Part shown: piece by piece, positions 49,878 to 60,546 of the stretch
How the letters are laid out: each line of letters begins with the position of its first letter
How positions within the stretch are numbered: position 1 is the stretch's first letter
From: Pedobacter sp.
Lineage (GTDB): Bacteria > Desulfobacterota > Desulfuromonadia > Desulfuromonadales > Syntrophotaleaceae
DNA: 64,000 nt
Reading direction: 5' to 3'
NCBI GenBank assembly: GCA_050253415.1
Contig: JBFWJC010000004.1
Span: 192,001-256,000, forward strand
Translations under genes and position numbers: made by a program
Notes under the pieces: model-generated
The model's database searches: none
Seen by the model: only the letters and a program-made list of their open reading frames with translations
What the model was told of the DNA's origin: nothing

Positions 49878-51116
49878 ATGGGAAAGCATATCATCGAAGA
49901 GGCAAGGCGCTGCCTGCAATGTAAAAAGCCTCTTTGTACAAAAGGGTGCCCAAATCAGACGGCCATTAGCGACATGATCCACCTGTTTCTTGACGGAAAA
50001 ATGAAAGAAGCCGGCAAGATGCTGTTTGAGAACAACCCCCTGTCGGTCATCTGTTCCAGTATCTGTCCGCACGAAAAATTTTGCGAAGGACACTGTGTGC
50101 TTGGCCGCAATGGCGCCCCTGTGCAAATCAGTGACATCGAACATTACATCTCCAGCTACTACCTGGACCAGTATGTGCCGCAAAAACCAGCCGTTCGCCG
50201 CAATGGACGCATAGCCATTATCGGCTCTGGACCCTCCGGACTCACCGTTGCCTTTATCCTTGCCGCCAACGGCTACGAGGTTACTATTTTCGAATCCAAA
50301 GACAAAATCGGCGGTGTCCTCCGATACGGCATCCCCGACTTCCGTCTGCCGAAGGATCTGCTGGATAAATTGAAGAAACGGTTACTGGCTCTGGGCGTCA
50401 AGTTTCGCCCCAACATGCTTGTCGGCCCCATCATCACCCTTGATGACCTGCTCAATGATGCCTACGCCGCCGTGTTTATCGGCACCGGAGTATGGAACCC
50501 TCGCCCGTTACGTATTAAAGGCGAAACCCTCGGCCATGTGCACTATGCCATCAACTACCTCAAAAGCCCCGAAGCCTATGAACTCGGAAAGAAGGTTGCC
50601 GTAATCGGTGCGGGCAACGTCGCCATGGATGCCGCCCGAACCGCCCTGCGAAACGGAGCGACAGAAGTGAGCATCCTGTATCGTCGGGGATTGGAAGCCA
50701 TGTCTGCCACGCAGCATGACTACGACTACGCCCGCATAGAGGGCGTATCTTTTTCCTTTTTCCATGCCCCTGTGGAAATTACCGACGATGGCGTACTGTG
50801 CGTGCGGACCGAGTTGGTGGAAACCGAAGATGGCGGAACGAGCCTTCGTACCATCGAAGGTTCGGAAGTGTTTGTTGAAGCCGATTCCGTCATTATTGCC
50901 GTGAGTCAGGCCCCCAGAAGTAACCTCAAGGGCATTGAAATCGGCAAAAGCGGACTGGTGATTACAGACGAAGTGGGACGTACCACGCGCGAAGGCATTT
51001 TCGCTTCCGGCGATGTGGTAACAGGTGCAAAAACCGTTGCCGAAGCTGTGAGCTTTTCGAAACATTCCGCGGCGGCAATTATGGAATACCTGGAAAACTG
51101 TCGGACTCAGAAATGA
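49878..51116 (+). CDS. GltD/SudA-like NAD(P)-dependent Fe-S flavoprotein oxidoreductase
   Basis: RCLQC...C...CP, ICP...CEGHC, GSGPSG, YGIPDFRLPK, GAGNVAMD, FASGD. Confidence 0.9.
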   Translation: MGKHIIEEARRCLQCKKPLCTKGCPNQTAISDMIHLFLDGKMKEAGKMLFENNPLSVICSSICPHEKFCEGHCVLGRNGAPVQISDIEHYISSYYLDQYVPQKPAVRRNGRIAIIGSGPSGLTVAFILAANGYEVTIFESKDKIGGVLRYGIPDFRLPKDLLDKLKKRLLALGVKFRPNMLVGPIITLDDLLNDAYAAVFIGTGVWNPRPLRIKGETLGHVHYAINYLKSPEAYELGKKVAVIGAGNVAMDAARTALRNGATEVSILYRRGLEAMSATQHDYDYARIEGVSFSFFHAPVEITDDGVLCVRTELVETEDGGTSLRTIEGSEVFVEADSVIIAVSQAPRSNLKGIEIGKSGLVITDEVGRTTREGIFASGDVVTGAKTVAEAVSFSKHSAAAIMEYLENCRTQK

Positions 51117-51344
51117 ATCTACTGCGAAAACGGTAAATTGGCCCACATTCCCGTAAGTCCTTGACCCCGGGCTCCTTTCCTTACCATTCTTAGGGGCCTC
51201 TTTTTGCCGATAGAAACGCAGTGCTAAGTCCAAAAATGGGACGAAATAAGCTCATTAACCGTAACAATTCAAAATATTAGCTTGGTCCGACCCCGAGCCA
51301 TTCGAAAACCACCGTGCAGTATCTCTCGTTAAGTCCTGAACCCC

Positions 51345-51457
51345 TCTCCCGCCGCAGATCATGTGCACTTCCTGCGAAAGCAGCCGTCGCAACCCTTTTC
51401 TCACGGCCGGGTGGTCGTCAACCAGGAAAATCGGGCACCATCCTCTGTACCTGTCAT
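51345..51457 (-). pseudogene. Frameshifted, truncated NarL-type response regulator remnant
   Basis: ATG overlaps the kinase stop; MTGTEDGA, 1-nt loss, then IFLVDDHPAVRKGLRRLLSQEVHMIC; homology then ends. Confidence 0.75.
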
Positions 51458-53430
51458 ACGCTGCACCTCTTCGTTGGTCGGACATCACAAGGAACCGTAC
51501 AACACACCTGGGTTCCCCCACCGTCCGCATCAGAAACCATCAATCTGCCGTCGATAAGCCTGGCTCGATGGGCCATGATTCCCATGCCCAGGCCCCCGGC
51601 AGGCTTGGCAGCAGCGTTCCTGCCGATACCATCGTCCCGGACGGTCAGGATGAGTTCCCCCTGGCCTCGACACTCAAGGACAACAAGGATATGACTTGCC
51701 CTGGCGTGTTTCACCGCATTGGTCAGTGCTTCCTGGGCAATGCGGCACAGCTGGGTTACCCCCTTGTTTGTACAGGCATGGCAGTCCCGTGTCTGCTTGT
51801 ATTCGATCGCAATACCGCTGGACTCTGCCAGCCGCCGACTCAGTTCCTCCAGGGAGGGACTCGATGCGTTAACGCCCTGTTCCACCGGCCACAATCCGCG
51901 AGAGAGATCGTAGGCGTGGTTGATCGACTCTTCCAGCAGGGACGAAACCTCCCTGACTTCCGGCTTGTGCCGGTCGGCATCGGTCAGTTTTCGCGCCAGC
52001 GCGGAGAATTGCAGCCGGGCACCGGTCAACAGCTGGCAGATCCCGTCATGCAGGTTGTGGCTGATGCGGCGACGCTCCTCCTCGCTGATTTTGACGACCT
52101 CTCGCTCCAGTCGAGTTCGTTCCGCCATCTCGTCTTCCAACGAGCGGTTTTTATCCGACAGTTCATTGGACAGTTGCTCTACGGCATAGAAGGACTTGGA
52201 AAAACGCAGAGAGATTGCTATCGCCTGAAAGAAAATAAAGATGAACATACCGATGTGAATCAGGTATGCCGAGCGAATCAGCTGCAGGTCGCACAGCATA
52301 TCATTGATGCCGACCGCGCCCACGGCAACAAAGCCCGCAAGGATCCATAATGCCGCCTCTCTCCCATTACGCATGGCGCGGAACAGCGTGACCAGACAGT
52401 AAAGGATCATCCCCATGGAGAAAAAATAGAGAACAGGGACAATGGTAGTAAATGCGATGGTTGAAAGAGCCAGAAGCAAACCGGTAAACACCAGGGACAC
52501 AAGTATGATTATCTGCTGAAGACGGCGGGAAAATTCGTGGGGATACAAAGTGCGAAAGAAAGTGTAGCCAACGGGTAGCGATATCACAAAACACAAAAGT
52601 TCAATCCGATTGATGAACACAACGGGATAGTTTTCCGCAAAAAGATTCACGGCAAAATCCGTTGCGCTTGAGGTGAACGAGCTGGCCGCCCATAAAAGAC
52701 TGTACATGCCGAAGTAGAGCGGCGCACGGTCTTTCCTCCTGATGCAATAGAGGCCAAGGTGGTAGAGCCCCATTACCAGCAGGCTACCGACGCACAGTAA
52801 GGCCAGCGCCCAGCGTTTCAGTTGCGCCTTTTCCAATTTTCCAGCTGATCCCAGCATAATGGGGGAAACAATTCCCCCTTCACGATAGTGGTAATTGGAA
52901 ACCTGCAGCACAAGATCAACCGGCTTGCCATCAAGCTGTAATCGTGGTTGCCGGATGGCTTGGCAAGGGATTTCCTCGGAGACGCTTTTGCCCAGCACGC
53001 CATTTTCGACAAGAAGAACCCCGTTAACCCACAGCCTGTAAGCGGAAAACATCTCACCCAGCTGGAGTGTCAAATCTTGTTGTTCCCTGTTGGGGAGAAG
53101 CCGCAGTCGCAAGGTGGCGTATCCGGCTCTGCCTGCATTTTGCCCTTCGATTTCAGCATGGTTCCAGGCCGAGGGAAGTGTAAGAAAAGCACTGACAAGC
53201 GGGGGCTGCTCCGCTTGGAAATCCGCGGGAATCAACAGTTGCTTCCAGTAGAACTCCCATGCACCGTCAAGACGAACGGGATCGGAGTTTTGCAGGTCAA
53301 CAGCAGAAAGGTCGATGATACCCTGCCGGGCAAGCGGCGCCGTATCATTACCGCGGCGGCATCCCCCACAGAGACATATCGTTGCCACCCATGTGAGCAG
53401 CAGTATTTGGTTCAGGGTTCTGTAAGTCAT
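51454..53430 (-). CDS. 7TM-DISM sensor histidine kinase (HisKA_3)
   Basis: RLDGAWEFYW periplasmic domain, 7 TM helices, ERRRISHNLHDG, QEALTNAVKH, DDGIG. Confidence 0.9.
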   Translation of the reverse strand: MTYRTLNQILLLTWVATICLCGGCRRGNDTAPLARQGIIDLSAVDLQNSDPVRLDGAWEFYWKQLLIPADFQAEQPPLVSAFLTLPSAWNHAEIEGQNAGRAGYATLRLRLLPNREQQDLTLQLGEMFSAYRLWVNGVLLVENGVLGKSVSEEIPCQAIRQPRLQLDGKPVDLVLQVSNYHYREGGIVSPIMLGSAGKLEKAQLKRWALALLCVGSLLVMGLYHLGLYCIRRKDRAPLYFGMYSLLWAASSFTSSATDFAVNLFAENYPVVFINRIELLCFVISLPVGYTFFRTLYPHEFSRRLQQIIILVSLVFTGLLLALSTIAFTTIVPVLYFFSMGMILYCLVTLFRAMRNGREAALWILAGFVAVGAVGINDMLCDLQLIRSAYLIHIGMFIFIFFQAIAISLRFSKSFYAVEQLSNELSDKNRSLEDEMAERTRLEREVVKISEEERRRISHNLHDGICQLLTGARLQFSALARKLTDADRHKPEVREVSSLLEESINHAYDLSRGLWPVEQGVNASSPSLEELSRRLAESSGIAIEYKQTRDCHACTNKGVTQLCRIAQEALTNAVKHARASHILVVLECRGQGELILTVRDDGIGRNAAAKPAGGLGMGIMAHRARLIDGRLMVSDADGGGTQVCCTVPCDVRPTKRCSV

Positions 53431-53627
53431 CGCCTTGAGAGTATAGTTGGAGCCACCTGAGGGTTCCAACAGAATTTTTTATTAAATATACACAAATGGT
53501 ATTTTTTTGTTATTCTGACAGGCCAGAAATCAGAGGACGAATAAACAGCGTCTCCGGAAAACCCATTGCCTTGTTTTTGCATCTGCCCCATGATCCCATG
53601 GAGTCGGATCAACCCGAACCGCATGAG

Positions 53628-53655
53628 GTCAAGCAAAGACTTGACCCGTTTTTTC
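53628..53655 (+). repeat. Dispersed motif copy 1
   Basis: GTCAAGCAAAGACTTGACCC then T run; 14-bp core identical at 57198 and 61826. Confidence 0.8.
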
Positions 53656-53754
53656 TTCCCGGTGGAGACCTTCGGTTTTTAGATGCCGAGGGTGGCGGCA
53701 CCAGCATTGGCTGCAACATTTCATGCGATGTTATGGCAACAAAGGAGCAATGCT

Positions 53755-54396
53755 ATGATGAGCATTAAAATTAATTCCGCCGGGATTCTGCTGATAGACG
53801 ACCATCCTGCCGTAAGACAGGGGGTGGCCCTGTTATTGTCGCAGGATGGTTACCACATATGCGCCGAGGCTGAGAATCGCAGGAGCGTCTTCTCTTTTCT
53901 GGAAAAGAACAAAGCTGAACTGGCCCTGCTGGATATTTCACTGGGCGATGAGAGCGGTCTGGACTTGATCGCGGATATGCAACAATTTGGCGTTGCGACG
54001 CTCGTGTATTCCATGCACGAAGACCCCGATGTTATCGAGCGCGCCTTCAATTCCGGAGCAACAGGATATGTCACCAAGCGCGAACCTGCAGATGTATTGC
54101 TGGATGCGGTGGCGGCTGTTCTGGAAGGAAAACGTTACGTAAGCCCGCGCTGCGCCTTGAGCCTTGCCAATCGTGTTTTGTCAGGCCCTGATACGGAAAA
54201 TGAAGCAAGTCTTAGTGAGAGGGAGAAGCAGGTTTTTCAAATGTTTGGCCAGGGCGAATCCATTGCGGATATTGCCGATGTTCTGTCAATCAGCGGTCGT
54301 ACGGTGGAGTCCTACTTTTCCCGGATCATGACTAAACTCAACCTTTCCGGCATGAAAGAGTTGCGGCGTTATGCGATAAAAAATATCCAACGGTAG
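53755..54396 (+). CDS. NarL/LuxR-family response regulator
   Basis: IDDHPAVR, LLDISL, GATGYVTK, LSEREKQV HTH. Confidence 0.92.
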   Translation: MMSIKINSAGILLIDDHPAVRQGVALLLSQDGYHICAEAENRRSVFSFLEKNKAELALLDISLGDESGLDLIADMQQFGVATLVYSMHEDPDVIERAFNSGATGYVTKREPADVLLDAVAAVLEGKRYVSPRCALSLANRVLSGPDTENEASLSEREKQVFQMFGQGESIADIADVLSISGRTVESYFSRIMTKLNLSGMKELRRYAIKNIQR

Positions 54397-54668
54397 CACC
54401 CCCTTCCTGACCGTCCCGGCTTCCGCCGAACACGACCTGCCACCTCATCCGCGCCCGGGACTTCTCCCACGCGATGACCGTGATTTCCCCCGCAAAAAAA
54501 CCGGAATTCCCCCTGCATACAGGTTTTAATTTTTCCTATACATATAGCAGCGCAAAGATTTAGCACTATTAATACTTTGTGAAAATTCGCTGCTATACCG
54601 AATGCTCATTCGAGTATTCAATTACATGACGGGGACACTTAGAACACACATCATCAAGGAGGGTAACA

Positions 54669-55328
54669 ATGGTAGGTTTGCGTCATATCATCGGGGCGTT
54701 AGTTGCGGCTATGTTAATAAGCGGTACGGCATGTGCCGGAGATCAGATGGATACCAAGGCATCGCCGGCTTATTCCGGCCCATACATCGGTGCTTTTGTG
54801 GGCCAATCATGGAGTAATTTGGAATATGTGGACAAGTGGGAGCCCACCGATCCGGATATGGATGGATTTGTCGGTGGTCTTTACCTCGGTCATAACTATA
54901 GGATCGATAAACTTGTATTAGGCTTTGAAGCCGACGCGGGGCTTTGTGACCTGAGTGAAGGGGCTGACGACGATAACGACAATAGCTACTCGGCCTTTGA
55001 TATTGACTGGAATGCGCATCTGCGAGCTCGAGCGGGCTTTGCCTACAACGCCACGCTATTCTATGTTGCCGGTGGTCTGGCCGTTGCAAAGGTTGCCGTT
55101 GATGACACTGATGCAGGCTATGGCCATGACAATGCAACGCATTTCGGTTGGACGATTGGCGCCGGCATTGAGCAAAAAATCACTGAGCACTTGACTGCAC
55201 GGGTTGAATATCTTTATGACGACTACGGTAGCGAGGATTACTCTATTACAGACGATTCATATCCCTACCAGGCGGATGTCGAGTTGAATATCCATACCGC
55301 CCGCATTGGCCTGGCTTATTCTTTTTAG
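54669..55328 (+). CDS. Eight-stranded outer membrane beta-barrel (Omp25/RopB-like)
   Basis: Signal peptide, YSGPYIG, LRARAG, GWTIGAGIE, ARVEYLY, terminal YSF. Confidence 0.85.
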   Translation: MVGLRHIIGALVAAMLISGTACAGDQMDTKASPAYSGPYIGAFVGQSWSNLEYVDKWEPTDPDMDGFVGGLYLGHNYRIDKLVLGFEADAGLCDLSEGADDDNDNSYSAFDIDWNAHLRARAGFAYNATLFYVAGGLAVAKVAVDDTDAGYGHDNATHFGWTIGAGIEQKITEHLTARVEYLYDDYGSEDYSITDDSYPYQADVELNIHTARIGLAYSF

Positions 55329-55391
55329 ACAATTACACAAAGTTGGGCCGTTAAACGCGGGTTATAAGCAACCGTCAAATCTTAAGATGAC

Positions 55392-55422
55392 ATGGCCTGC
55401 CCTTTCCGGGTGGGCCATTTTT
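55392..55422 (+). terminator. Terminator after the beta-barrel gene
   Basis: ATGGCCTGCCC..GGGTGGGCCAT then T run. Confidence 0.7.
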
Positions 55423-55465
55423 ATAACTCACCCTTTTTTATAAATAAGAATAAATACGGGAAGGG

Positions 55466-56023
55466 TCAGATCTCGTCATATGCAAAACAGTCGGTAAGAT
55501 GATCATTCACCATGCCGACCGCCTGCATAAAGGCGTAACAGATCGTAGCGCCGACGAACTTGAACCCCCGCCGCTTCAGATCCCTGCTCATGGCCTCCGA
55601 CTCCGGCGTGGATGCGGGGATTTCCGCCATGGTCCGCCAGGAGTTCCGGATCGGCTTTCCTCCGACGAACTGCCAGATATAGGCGTCGAAACTACCAAAT
55701 TCCTTTTGAACGGCAAGAAAAGCCCGTGCATTAACCACCGCGGCACGCACCTTGAGTCGGTTGCGGATGATCCCCGGATCCTCCAGCAAGCCGGCGATCT
55801 TCGCATCGGAATATGCGGCTACTTTGGCAACCTCGAAATTGTCGAACGCCCGGCGGTACCCTTCCCGCTTTTTCAGGATAGTCAACCAGCTCAAGCCGGC
55901 CTGCGCCCCTTCCAGAACGAGGAACTCGAACAACAGTCGGTCGTCATGAACAGGGCGGCCCCATTCGTGGTCGTGGTATTCGCGCTCCAAAATATTGCCA
56001 TCGGCCCAGGGACATCGTTTCAT
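55466..56023 (-). CDS. tag: DNA-3-methyladenine glycosylase I
   Basis: RCPW, YHDHEWG, LEGAQAGLSW, IIRNRLK, GMVNDH...C. Confidence 0.95.
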   Translation of the reverse strand: MKRCPWADGNILEREYHDHEWGRPVHDDRLLFEFLVLEGAQAGLSWLTILKKREGYRRAFDNFEVAKVAAYSDAKIAGLLEDPGIIRNRLKVRAAVVNARAFLAVQKEFGSFDAYIWQFVGGKPIRNSWRTMAEIPASTPESEAMSRDLKRRGFKFVGATICYAFMQAVGMVNDHLTDCFAYDEI

Positions 56024-56748
56024 GATTTCCTCCCGGATGCAGAGTTAATCCGGGCCGCCCCTCGCGCACCGGTCGAAATACGTAACATTCGGTTTCCGCG
56101 CCGCTGAAATTCGTAGGGCACGCGCAGAAGATCGACGCTGAATCCGCCATCGGCAAAATGTCTGGTCACGATATCGAGATGGGGGGAAATCATGCCATCG
56201 AGCGTAAGCACGGGAAACACCCGTACCTCACGGGCTACACGCAACATTTCCCGAATCGCCCGAAGATGAAATCCGGCGGACAGATGGTCACTGTACAAAA
56301 ACAGGAAATGAGAGGACAAAGCGATGTCGAACTGCCCGCATTCAAATGGCAGCGACGGCAGCTCCCCGGCAATATACCTGCCCTCACGCACTCCCGTATC
56401 GTAATCCCGTAAAAAGGTGTCCATCGCGGACAGGCGAATCTGCCCGAGAGCTTCGACTGAAGAGATCGTGCCCCAGACATAGTCGTCCTGGTGTTTGCGC
56501 ATTTGGGCCATGACTGTTTCGTATGTTTCCGAGATACGCCCTCTAATTTGTGCGGCGTCAAAAGCATAGATGGGGTCGTAGGAGACAACGCGACCGCCCT
56601 GCCTGGTCAGGACCGCATTAAATGCTGCCGGCCCGTCACCACAGCCGAGAATGCGCAATTGAAGGTCCAGCTCCGAGAGGCCGAACATATTGACGTACTC
56701 TTCATAAGAGCGTCCCCAAGGTACGATTGTATCGAGTGTAAATCCCAT
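56020..56748 (-). CDS. SAM-dependent methyltransferase
   Basis: ILGCGDGPA, FDIALSSHFLFLY, EMLRVAREVR. Confidence 0.8.
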   Translation of the reverse strand: MGFTLDTIVPWGRSYEEYVNMFGLSELDLQLRILGCGDGPAAFNAVLTRQGGRVVSYDPIYAFDAAQIRGRISETYETVMAQMRKHQDDYVWGTISSVEALGQIRLSAMDTFLRDYDTGVREGRYIAGELPSLPFECGQFDIALSSHFLFLYSDHLSAGFHLRAIREMLRVAREVRVFPVLTLDGMISPHLDIVTRHFADGGFSVDLLRVPYEFQRRGNRMLRISTGARGAARINSASGRKS

Positions 56749-56764
56749 AAGCCGCCTGCCTGTT

Positions 56765-57043
56765 TTATTTGAGCAGTTTTTTCACTAGTTGGACGACGAC
56801 AAACCCCAGCCCCGCGGCGAAAACCGATTGTATATATTGAAGGGCAAGGGCAAGAGGCCACATACCCCGGGCAGAAACCTCAAGGCTATCGATCATGAAA
56901 TAGTAATAAATGGCTGCGGGAACGACGACGGCGACAATCATTATGAGCAAAGCCACGCGACCTGAGAGGCCGGCCCATAAAGGGACGAAGCCCCCCAGAA
57001 AAGCGATTGCCATAACGAGAACCCAACCCCCGAATGATGCCAT
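56765..57043 (-). CDS. Small membrane protein (about 3 TM helices)
   Basis: Hydrophobic ORF with GAGG RBS, 16 nt upstream of the methyltransferase. Confidence 0.55.
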   Translation of the reverse strand: MASFGGWVLVMAIAFLGGFVPLWAGLSGRVALLIMIVAVVVPAAIYYYFMIDSLEVSARGMWPLALALQYIQSVFAAGLGFVVVQLVKKLLK

Positions 57044-57192
57044 ACATTCCTCACGTTTCATGATAATCGGCGGCAGCACAAGATTGCGTGCCGCACCTGA
57101 CTTTTTGTTTTCAATTTTGGCCAGACACCTTTTTCGCCTGCATCGATTTCAACAGATACCAGATAAAGAACAAAGGTTCGGTCAACCAGGCC

Positions 57193-57225
57193 CAAGAGTC
57201 AAGCAAAGACTGGCCACCTTTTTTT
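57193..57225 (+). repeat. Dispersed motif copy 2
   Basis: CAAGAGTCAAGCAAAGACT is 19/19 identical to 61821-61839. Confidence 0.8.
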
Positions 57226-57468
57226 CATTATCAATTTGACTCAAGGCCGGATTTCACCGAGAATCGGTCGGCGGCGACCTATCAGGCAAGCGCGCCCCTG
57301 CCCCGGGAAATCTTTCACGAGACAGGCCACGACGGCTTATCTTGACCATCATTCCTTGGAGATTAACGCGTTGCGCTACCGTAAGGTGCTTGAAAACTGA
57401 TTCTGCGCGCCGTCTGAAGCGCCGGGTATCGGCGCTGACCAGTCTATAAACCTTCACGGGAGATCGAG

Positions 57469-58080
57469 ATGACCGACCATAGTGTTGATGCCCGCGGGCT
57501 GCCCTGTCCGCAACCCCTGATGCTGGCGAAAAAGGCCCTGACAGAGATGAGCGAGGGAGAGAACCTGCGGCTGCTGCTCGACAATAAATTGTCCTGCGAC
57601 AACGTGATCCGTTTTCTTCAGGACCACGGCCTGACCCCCGAGCTGTCCACCGAAGAGGGCGTGTACACCCTGAAGGTGAAGAAAGGGGCCGAGACCGCTC
57701 CATTGGGCAATGCCGCGGCCTATTGCGCTCCGGCACAACCGACGACGGGTTCGGTCATCGTCATCAATCACCATGGCATGGGTTCGGGTTCGGAAGAGCT
57801 GGGCAAGATTCTCTTGCAGGCCTGCATCAACACCCTTAAAGAGGTTACCCCGCTGCCGGAGGCCATCCTGTGCTACAATGCGGGGGTGTTTGCTGTAGCA
57901 CAGGGAGCGCCCACCGTTCCGGCTTTGACGGAACTGGTGGCGCAAGGCGTGACGCTCCTCGTCTGCGGCACCTGCGTCGACTATTTCGAGTTGCACAACC
58001 AAGTCGCGGTCGGCACCATCTCCAACATGTACGACATTCTGCAGCAACTTTCCACTGCCCAGCGCATCATAACCCTGTAG
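57469..58080 (+). CDS. yedF: Selenium metabolism protein YedF-like (TusA/SirA plus DsrE domains)
   Basis: DARGLPCPQP, MGSGSEELGKIL, LVCGTC, VGTISNMYDI. Confidence 0.88.
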   Translation: MTDHSVDARGLPCPQPLMLAKKALTEMSEGENLRLLLDNKLSCDNVIRFLQDHGLTPELSTEEGVYTLKVKKGAETAPLGNAAAYCAPAQPTTGSVIVINHHGMGSGSEELGKILLQACINTLKEVTPLPEAILCYNAGVFAVAQGAPTVPALTELVAQGVTLLVCGTCVDYFELHNQVAVGTISNMYDILQQLSTAQRIITL

Positions 58081-58086
58081 GCAACG

Positions 58087-59208
58087 ATGGAACGAAATAC
58101 TTATTTTGACAATGCGGCCACCTCTTTCCCCAAACCGCCAGCGGTGGCCGCGGCCATGTCCCGCTACCTCAACGAGGTGGGCGGTCCCTATGGCCGCAGC
58201 GCATACACCCGGGCCTTCGACGTCTCGGCAACGGTGGAGAAGACCCGCGACTTGCTCGCCCAGCGGATGGGCACCCGACACGAAGACAGGGTCGTGTTCG
58301 CCCCCAATGCCACCCATGCCATCAATCTCGTGTTGCGCAGCGTCCTCAGCAAAGGCGGGCGCGTACTTATCTCACCGTTGGAACACAATGCCGTCACCCG
58401 CCCCCTGGCGGCTTTCGCCAAGCAATACGGCGTGGTCTTCGAACGGATGCCCCACTTTGCCGACGGGCGCATCGACGTAAGCAGACTCGCCGGCGTGGTA
58501 ACCAGCGACACGGTACTGGCAGTGGTCAATCACCAGAGCAATGTCAACGGCGTGATTCAGCCCCTGCAGCAGATCAAGCAACAGCTTGGCGCCGTCCCGC
58601 TGCTGGTCGACGCCAGTCAGACATTCGGCGCCATACCGGTACAGGTGGATGACTGGGACATCGATTTCCTGGCCTTCACCGGCCACAAAGCCCTGCTGGG
58701 GCCGACAGGCACGGGCGGCCTTTTCCTGCGCGATCCCGCCGGGATCGAACCGCTGATCTACGGAGGCACCGGCAGCGCTTCGGAAAGTTTCACCATGCCC
58801 GAAGAGGTCCCCGATCGCTTCGAAGCCGGAACCCCCAATATCGCCGGCATCTACGGGCTGCTCGCGGCCCTGCAGGAGACACCCCCCTGCCGGCATTCGC
58901 GGGAGGAATACCGGCAGTTCATCGCAGAGCTGCAAAGCATGCCCGCCCTCAAAGTGCTGTGCGCCGAACATTTTGACCACCAGGGCGATGTTTTTTCCCT
59001 GCTGCAGCCCGGCGGCGATCCGGCGACCCTGGGCCGCCGACTGTTTGAGGATTTCGGCATCGAGACCCGCATCGGTCTCCATTGCGCGCCCCTGGCTCAT
59101 CAAACCCTCGGAACAGCTGCCAGCGGCACGCTGCGCATCGGCGTTTCCCGCTATCATGCGGCCAGCGACTTTACATATTTTTGCGACGCAGTAAGGACCT
59201 GTATATAA
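58087..59208 (+). CDS. Class V PLP enzyme (cysteine desulfurase/selenocysteine lyase family)
   Basis: [37 protein letters not shown]. Confidence 0.9.
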   Translation: MERNTYFDNAATSFPKPPAVAAAMSRYLNEVGGPYGRSAYTRAFDVSATVEKTRDLLAQRMGTRHEDRVVFAPNATHAINLVLRSVLSKGGRVLISPLEHNAVTRPLAAFAKQYGVVFERMPHFADGRIDVSRLAGVVTSDTVLAVVNHQSNVNGVIQPLQQIKQQLGAVPLLVDASQTFGAIPVQVDDWDIDFLAFTGHKALLGPTGTGGLFLRDPAGIEPLIYGGTGSASESFTMPEEVPDRFEAGTPNIAGIYGLLAALQETPPCRHSREEYRQFIAELQSMPALKVLCAEHFDHQGDVFSLLQPGGDPATLGRRLFEDFGIETRIGLHCAPLAHQTLGTAASGTLRIGVSRYHAASDFTYFCDAVRTCI

Positions 59209-59210
59209 CC

Positions 59211-60473
59211 ATGAATATTCTTTTGCTTTTCAACTCAACACGGTCGGTTATCAAGGCGGAACAGTGCCTGCGCAGCCACGACATAGACTGCCAGATCATT
59301 CCGGTGCCGAAAGCCATCTCGACCGAATGCGGCATGGCCATCTCCATAGCGACCACCCTGCGGGAACGGGCCGAAGGACTTTTGCAGGAGCTTGGCCTGC
59401 AGGTGAAGGTGCATGCGCCGGAAGAAACGAAAAAACCGCTGTTCGATCTGCTTAGCACCGTCGAGCAGGGCGGCTGTTCAGCCAAGTTGCCGCCTGAGGT
59501 GCTGTTCGATGCCGTCAGCCGGCTGCCGGCGATCGGCGATCCCAAACTGCTGGTGGGAGCCGGAACCGGCGACGATGCCGGCGCCTACCGGCTTACCGAT
59601 GACATCGCCCTGATCGAGACGACGGACTTCTTCCCGCCGATCTGCTCGGACCCCTTCGACTTCGGCCAGATTGCCGCGGCGAATGCACTGAGCGACGTCT
59701 ATGCCATGGGCGGCAAGGTCCTCAACGCCATGAATCTGGTCATGTTTCCGGCCAGCGGCATCCCCTTCGAGGTGTTGCACGAAATTCTGCGCGGCGGCCA
59801 GGAAAAAATCCAGGAAGCCGGCGGCAACCTGGTGGGGGGCCACACCATCGCCGACTACCCGCCGAAGTACGGCCTGTCGGTAACCGGCACCGTGCACCCT
59901 GATCGGCTTATCACCAACGCCAATGCGGAGCCCGACCAGATCCTTATCCTGACCAAGCCGATCGGCACCGGCACTCTGGTGGCGGGGCAACGCCTGGGGC
60001 AGGCCAATGACGCCGACTATCAGCGGGCCCTCGATAACATGAAGCAACTCAACCGGACGGCCGCGGAGATCATGCAGGAGTTCCATATCCGCACCGCTAC
60101 CGACATCACCGGTTTCGGCCTGCTGGGGCACGCCCTCAATATCGCCAAAGCCAGCGGCATCAGCATGGAAATAGATACGGCGCAGGTTCCCGCCCTGCCG
60201 GGAGCCCTGAAACTGCTGGAAGATGGCTGCATCCCGGGGACCAGCTTCCGCAATCGCGATCATGTGGAGGCGGACACCGATTTCGCCCCCGACCTGCCCT
60301 ATCCCCGCAAGATGCTCACTCTCGATCCGCAGACCTCCGGCGGCCTCCTCCTGTGCGCACCTGCCGCCAGCGCCGAAGCCATGCTGGCGGAACTCCGCCG
60401 GCGGGGCTGCCCAACGGCGGCCATTATCGGCCGGACCACCGCCCTCGGCCGCAAGCACCTGATCGTGCGCTAG
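59211..60473 (+). CDS. selD: DUF3343-like domain fused to selenide, water dikinase (Cys form)
   Basis: N-terminal F.ST...IKAE..L..IPVP..I..ECG; then GGCSAK, DDAGAY, TTDFFPP, ANALSDVYAMGG, GGHT, TDITGFGL, DPQTSGGLL. Confidence 0.92.
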   Translation: MNILLLFNSTRSVIKAEQCLRSHDIDCQIIPVPKAISTECGMAISIATTLRERAEGLLQELGLQVKVHAPEETKKPLFDLLSTVEQGGCSAKLPPEVLFDAVSRLPAIGDPKLLVGAGTGDDAGAYRLTDDIALIETTDFFPPICSDPFDFGQIAAANALSDVYAMGGKVLNAMNLVMFPASGIPFEVLHEILRGGQEKIQEAGGNLVGGHTIADYPPKYGLSVTGTVHPDRLITNANAEPDQILILTKPIGTGTLVAGQRLGQANDADYQRALDNMKQLNRTAAEIMQEFHIRTATDITGFGLLGHALNIAKASGISMEIDTAQVPALPGALKLLEDGCIPGTSFRNRDHVEADTDFAPDLPYPRKMLTLDPQTSGGLLLCAPAASAEAMLAELRRRGCPTAAIIGRTTALGRKHLIVR

Positions 60474-60546
60474 ACTTTTTTTCGGCCGCCCCGGGCGGCC
60501 TGGATCCATTCCCTCAACTTCAATCAATTAGCTTTTACGAGGCTCC

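Noticed and set aside
51361..52350. 329-aa plus-strand ORF
   Set aside because: Antisense shadow of the histidine kinase
59470..59490. Selenocysteine recoding in SelD or the rhodanese
   Set aside because: Active-site codons are TGT and TGC; there is no in-frame TGA
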